Positions 35,609-40,308 of a DNA stretch of 40,308 bases are shown here, piece by piece. Position 1 is the first letter of the stretch. Every line of letters starts with the position of its first letter. Origin of the DNA: Chiloscyllium plagiosum (Eukaryota); NCBI RefSeq assembly GCF_004010195.1, contig NC_057719.1, positions 72,429,961 to 72,470,268 on the forward strand, in the 5' to 3' direction. Both the position numbers and the translations under genes were made by a program. The notes under the pieces were generated by a model, which saw only the letters and a program-made list of their open reading frames with translations, made no database searches and was not told the origin of the DNA.

Positions 35609-35727
35609 ATGGGCAAAAGTGAGGACTGCAGATACTGGAGATTAGAGTCAAGAGTGTGGTGCTGGAAAAGCTCAGCAGGTCAGGCAGCATCCTAGGAGCA
35701 GGAAAATTTACGTTTCATGCAAAAGCC
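35609..35727 (-). mobile_element. Short Penelope-like pLTR insertion truncated inside hammerhead stem II
   Basis: 9-bp TSD GCTTTTTAT (35600-35608, 35728-35736); homologous to 40125-40210. Confidence 0.8.
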
Positions 35728-37264
35728 GCTTTTTATCTGCTGACAGATCTTTGGTGAGTTTGTTAAATAGGACATCTCTTTCACAAAATCGTGATGATTT
35801 TGCCTGATTGCAATTATGATTTCATAAATGTTTTGCTCCTACCTCCTTAATAATGGATTCTAGAATTTTTCCAGTAATAGATATTAGACTAACTGGCCTT
35901 GAGTTTCTTACTTTCTGTCTCTCTTTTTCTATAAATAATGATGTTGCATTTGCAACTTTCCAATCTGCTGGGACCTTTTCATAATCAACGGAAATTTCAA
36001 AAATTATACCCAAGCATCTGTATCTCTGTGGTCACTTCCATTCAAACCCTAAGATGCAGACCATGAGGCCAGAGCACTTGTCACCCTTTTATTAGATTGT
36101 GTGATTCTGGTACTTTGTTTTTAGTGATTGCGACTGTTTTCAGATTTAAAATCCATTTCTCCCCTAACCCCTCTTTTTCTGATATTCTTGGGATGCTTTT
36201 CTTATGTCGTCTACTCTGGCAAAGAATCAGCACTCATTGCTGTTACTCCTTTTCTTCTAGAAGTGGAAATATACAAGTCTTTATACATGATCTTGTCTGT
36301 TTTTTGCCAGTTTTTCTCATGTTCCAGTATCTCTCTTTATCTTTTAGTCATTCGTTGCTGGTTTCCCAATCTTCTGGGCTATTACTAGTCCTTGCAACAA
36401 CATGCATCTTTTCTTTCAATTTAATATCATCCTTAACTTTCTCAAGTTACCCATGAAAGATGCATTCTTCTCATAGAGTCTTACTTTCTCAATGTAAATT
36501 GGAGGATGGCCTATCAAATCCATCCACTAGTGACTTCTTTGAGATTTCTTGACTCTGTTCAAACTAATTCTATTTCATAATCCTCCAGACCAAAATCATT
36601 TCTCAGTACTTTATTGATCATATTTTTCATAAAATAAGCTACCCCTTTTCTTTCTCTTCATGTCTTACTGAAACGACAAACACCCTCAGACATGCAGGTA
36701 TTAGAACTGGTCTATTTGGAAATATGCCTGAAAAGGTTATCATATATTTAGAATCACAGGGTTATTACAGTGCAGAGGGAGATAATTTGTCCCTCTGTGC
36801 CTGCATTGGTTCTATTATCAAGTATCAATTTCCTGCCTTTTCCTCATATCCCGGCACACTACCTTTATCTAAATCATCATCTAATACCCTCCCAAATGGT
36901 GTCAATTGAACGTTCTTCCACCACCTTTCCAGGCACAACTTGCTGTGTGAAGAGCTTTTCTCATCACCCTTCCTTTGTTTGCACGTCACTTTCAGTCTAA
37001 GCGCTCTCATTCTTTTTATTTTTATCAACAAATTCAGTTGTTTCTATTTGTGTTATCAATGCATTCATCTTGTGAATGCTGTGCACATTCGTATAAAGAG
37101 CTTTTCATCTAGCATTTTTACTATTCTTCCCCACAAAACTTTGTTTCCTGGTGTTTTCTTATGTTGGTGCGCTCTATCCACTCCATCATGCGTGCATGAC
37201 TATTACTCACATCATTACACTGCAGTATTGAATTGTCCTACCCCTTTCTCTATCCAATTCCAAC

Positions 37265-38010
37265 TTGCCAGTCTGGAAGGGTCCTGTTATAAAGGAGTTT
37301 ATGGCCAATGTCACCTTTACATCATCAGTCTGCTCTGGGGCTGTAGGTCTGTCTGTAATTTCAATGAGCTCCTCACCATCAAAACTGAAATGTAGCACCT
37401 GTAGACTGAAATAGAGCTGAAGAGTCAGTACAGTTCTAAAGGAAACCATTGTGTCCATAATGCTTCTCTGTAGAACAATCCAGTCAGTCCTCTTCTCCTT
37501 TTCTATGGCATAATCTATTTTCATCAAGTGTCTATTGAACATCCTTCTGAGCTCATTAATCATCTCTGCTTCCTGAACAGGCATTATTTCCAGGTTATTC
37601 CCACTCAATGCATGAAAAGATTGTCCACACCTTTCCCTCTAGCTTTTCCCAAAATCTTAGATCTATGTCCTCTAATCCTTGTACTAGCAATTAATGGGAA
37701 CAGCTTTATTTTTGTCTAGCCTATCTAACCCCATCACAGTCTTGTACACCTCTCTCAGACCTTTCCTTAACTTTGTTTGCATCAAGCTAAAGAGCCCCAG
37801 CTTCTCCAAATTAGCCTTGCATCTAAATGCCCTCATTCCTGGAACAATTATGGCACATTGCTGAACACCTTCTCAATGGCCTTCACATGATGGAACCTAT
37901 TGAGAATCCATTACCTCCTCCTTGCTCCTCAAGCAGCTCATACTCTTCCACTTATCCTTCTCGGCATGCTGCGGACGAGAGGGTTGGAAACTGTACCCAC
38001 CTGGACATGT
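37265..38010 (-). pseudogene. Decayed Harbinger/PIF (HARBI1-like) transposase 5' part, interrupted by a CR1 3' fragment (about 37430-37880)
   Basis: Minus strand gives EELIEI, a frameshifted QTDLQPQSR and VKVTLAINSFITGPFQTG, matching the Harbinger motif L(Q)P...VKVT.ALNF.A.GSFQ. An Arg-rich leader lies near 37900-38000. Confidence 0.62.
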
Positions 38011-38710
38011 AGCGTGAGTTGAGCCCTTTAATTGCCTTAATTGAAAACTAAAGCCATCAGGACTTGCCACACCAAAAAAAAAGTCCCTGCAAAAAAAATG
38101 TTAAGAACTGGCTGTGTAATGTACAAGGATATAAAGTATTTAGAAAAGTTAGAGAAAGAGAAAAGGGAAATGCGGTGGCAGCATGATGAGGGACAGAGAA
38201 ACACATCAGGCTACAATAACCTGTGTCCAGGGCTCAAAGGAAGCTCCTGTGTGCTTGGGTTGCGTACAGTGCTGCAGCGCTTGGGTTAGGAACAGAGCTT
38301 CTGTTGTGTTTGAAATGGGCGGGGTGGGTGGGGTATGCACGGTTACTGTGGTTAGGTCAGAGAGTAGGGCTGCAGTGCTTGGATCAGGAGGCAGGACTAC
38401 TGGGGCCAGGATCAGCACTGGGGCCAGTGATTGCTGTTCTCAAGTCCTGGGTGGCAGTACTGATTAAGGAGTACTTTGTGGTGTCAAATAGGGCAGATGT
38501 CCTAGAGTGGGCAAGGACAGAAACCATTTGATTAAAGTTGTGAAGCAACAACGGTATTATCATACTATTAGGCATATCCAGTACAATATATTGTTGGGTA
38601 TGTGCCTGCATATTATACTGGTGTGATTGAGAAACATTGTGCAGAGTCACTGCCACCAGTTCTTCTTGTTGTTATTAGTTTTCAACAAAAGAGAGGCTTG
38701 GCCTTATTAC

Positions 38711-39090
38711 AGAGTCATAGAGATGTAAAGTACAGAAACACATCCTTAGCTCAAACCCCTCCATGCTGACCAGATATCCTAAATTAATCTAGTCCCATTT
38801 TCCAGCATTTGGCCCACATCCCTCTCAACCCTTCCTAATCATATACCCAGCCAGGTGCCTTTTAAATGCTGTAATTGTACCAGCCTCTACCACCTCCTCT
38901 CGCAGCTCATTCCAAACATACATGCATGAAAATGTTGCTCCCCTTTTAAATCTTTGCCCTCTCACTTTAAACTTATGCCTGCTAATTTTATACTCTCCCA
39001 CCCCGGAGAAAAGAGTTTGTCGATTCATCCTATCCATGCCCCTCATGATTTTGTAAACCTCTAAGTTCACCCCTCAGCCTCCAACGCTCC
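38711..39090 (-). mobile_element. CR1 3' fragment
   Basis: ORF 38825-39070 (EVYKIMRGMDR...WNEL.EEVVEAGTITAFKRHL); agagtcatagag tail; same subfamily as 2179-3955. Confidence 0.88.
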
Positions 39091-39379
39091 AGGCAATGTT
39101 TATTACCTATCCTTAACTGCCCACAATGTTGTGGGTCTGGAGTCACACGTAGGTCAGACCAGGTGAGGATGGCAGTTTCCTTTCCTAAAGAGAAACCAGC
39201 TGAATTTTCCCAAAAATCCACTATGATTAATATATAATTTCTCTTATGAGAGATCAGGTGCATCTGAAGAATTAGTTCACATTACTGTTAGCAACATTGA
39301 CTTAGCACTAGAGCAAGTAGTACAATGCACTAGTTAAGTCCTTGTACAAATAGTCTCATATTCTGATGGGAGGAGCTGA

Positions 39380-40120
39380 TCTTGGGTTGTCAGTTAACCA
39401 TTTTAGGAACTAATTGTCAATACACAATAAGCCTCTGAGAATGGTGTTTAGTTTGTTGAGCACTGGTACTGGTACTGGGAGAGAAGGGAACTGCTCTAGA
39501 GGTGTAGGCTTCACTTGAACTGTGCTGGGACCAATGGCCTAGTGAATGGAATAACCAGAGCTGTAGAGTGGGCTTTAAAATAATTAGAGGGGGGAGGATG
39601 TGGGAGAGGGAAATATAGATTTACAAAACATGAAGATATGGCAGCATTACAGAGCAACTATTTGGATAACAGAGTTTCCAACATAAAGTGATAAATAGGA
39701 TGTAGCAGAGGAAAATGATAAAAAGGCAAAATTAATGGCTCTTGAATGCACATAGTATTTGAAACAAAGTAAACCAATTAACCATTCACGTACCACCCTC
39801 AGCATTAAAATGTTGCCCCCCTTTTAAATCTTACCCTTCTCACTTTAAACCCATGCCCTTTACTTTTGGACTCACCCACCATTAACTATACAATTACAGG
39901 TTAATAGGTATGACCTTATTGCTGTTACAAAGACATGGTCATAAGGAGGTCAAAGCTGGGAACTAAATATTCAGGGATATGTGACTTTTCAAAAGGACAT
40001 GCAGAGATGAAAGAGTGATGGGATAGCATTGTTAGTGCTGGATGGAATTAGTATGATAGCAAGGAATCATGTTGGACCAGTAGATTGAGAATCCATATGG
40101 GTGGAGATAAGACATGAAAA
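39380..40120 (+). mobile_element. Decayed CR1 ORF1 end and ORF2 endonuclease start, with a small antisense CR1 insert at about 39781-39880
   Basis: GLHLNCAGTNGLVNGITRAVEWALK esterase-like end; YDLIAVTKTW...WELNIQGYVTFQKD...GIALLV...ESIWVEIR endonuclease motifs. Confidence 0.78.
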
Positions 40121-40124
40121 AGGA

Positions 40125-40308
40125 ATTTGGATTAGTGGTGCTGGAAGAGCACAGCAGTTCAGGCAGCATCAGAGGAGCAGTAAAATCGACGTTTCGGGCA
40201 AAAGCCCTTCATCAGGAATACAGGCAGAGAGCCTGAAGCATGGAGAGATAAGTGAGAGGAGGGTGGGGAGAAAGTAGCATAGAGTACAATAGGTGAGTGG
40301 AGGAGGGG
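40125..40308 (-). mobile_element. 3' end (pLTR) of a Penelope-like element extending beyond the window
   Basis: Longest copy of the family at 8120, 24294 and 35609; contains a complete hammerhead motif. Confidence 0.8.
40183..40220 (-). ncRNA. Minimal type-I hammerhead ribozyme motif (best-preserved copy)
   Basis: Minus strand reads UAUUC-CUGAUGA-A-GGGC(UUUU)GCCC-GAAA-C-GUC-GAUUU: perfect core and stem II, palindromic ACGU, GUC triplet. Confidence 0.8.

Larger units (their letters stand above)
34570..36500 (-). mobile_element. Old CR1 LINE ORF2 fragments with nested pLTR insertions
   Basis: ORF 35822-36013 (KVPADWKVANATSLF...NSRPVSLISITGKILESIIK) and ORF 34679-34924 (CR1 C-terminus). Confidence 0.8.

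Noticed and set aside
37207..37608. Apparent exon of an antisense gene (FSLQ|VLHFSFDGEE...)
   Set aside because: Better explained as a CR1 3' fragment fused to a frameshifted Harbinger transposase relic.
21916..40308. Further COCH exons (second half of LCCL, vWA domains)
   Set aside because: No segment encoding the expected GVI...GG.V...NGIQS-type or vWA motifs with splice sites was found. Acceptor-like sites at about 22803, 25720 and 30250 give no matching peptide.

Overview
Eukaryotic, repeat-rich vertebrate DNA, most likely from a shark (inferred from HE1-type tRNA SINEs and abundant CR1 LINEs). Two + strand genes lie in tandem. (1) The last four coding exons of a non-visual opsin of the Opn5/neuropsin group (876-975, 1661-1765, 14697-14920, 17436-17870). 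It keeps the Schiff-base lysine but has an unusual pocket: Asp at position 113, no Glu181, a loop shortened by one residue, Glu188 and Cys292. (2) The first three coding exons of cochlin (COCH; 20666-20699, 21357-21401, 21759-21915), followed by an intron of more than 18 kb that runs off the window. The rest is nested mobile DNA: CR1 and CR1/L2-type LINEs, SINEs, a TA-flanked MITE and a decayed Harbinger transposon. The most striking unexplained structure is a set of at least eight Penelope-like insertions from several families carrying minimal hammerhead-ribozyme motifs. Most have target-site duplications, their truncation or inversion breakpoints fall in or beside the ribozyme, and every complete ribozyme is on the minus strand. 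A degenerate ~16-bp tandem array sits just upstream of the probable COCH promoter. Family names come from motif recognition, not database searches, and TE boundaries without a TSD are approximate.
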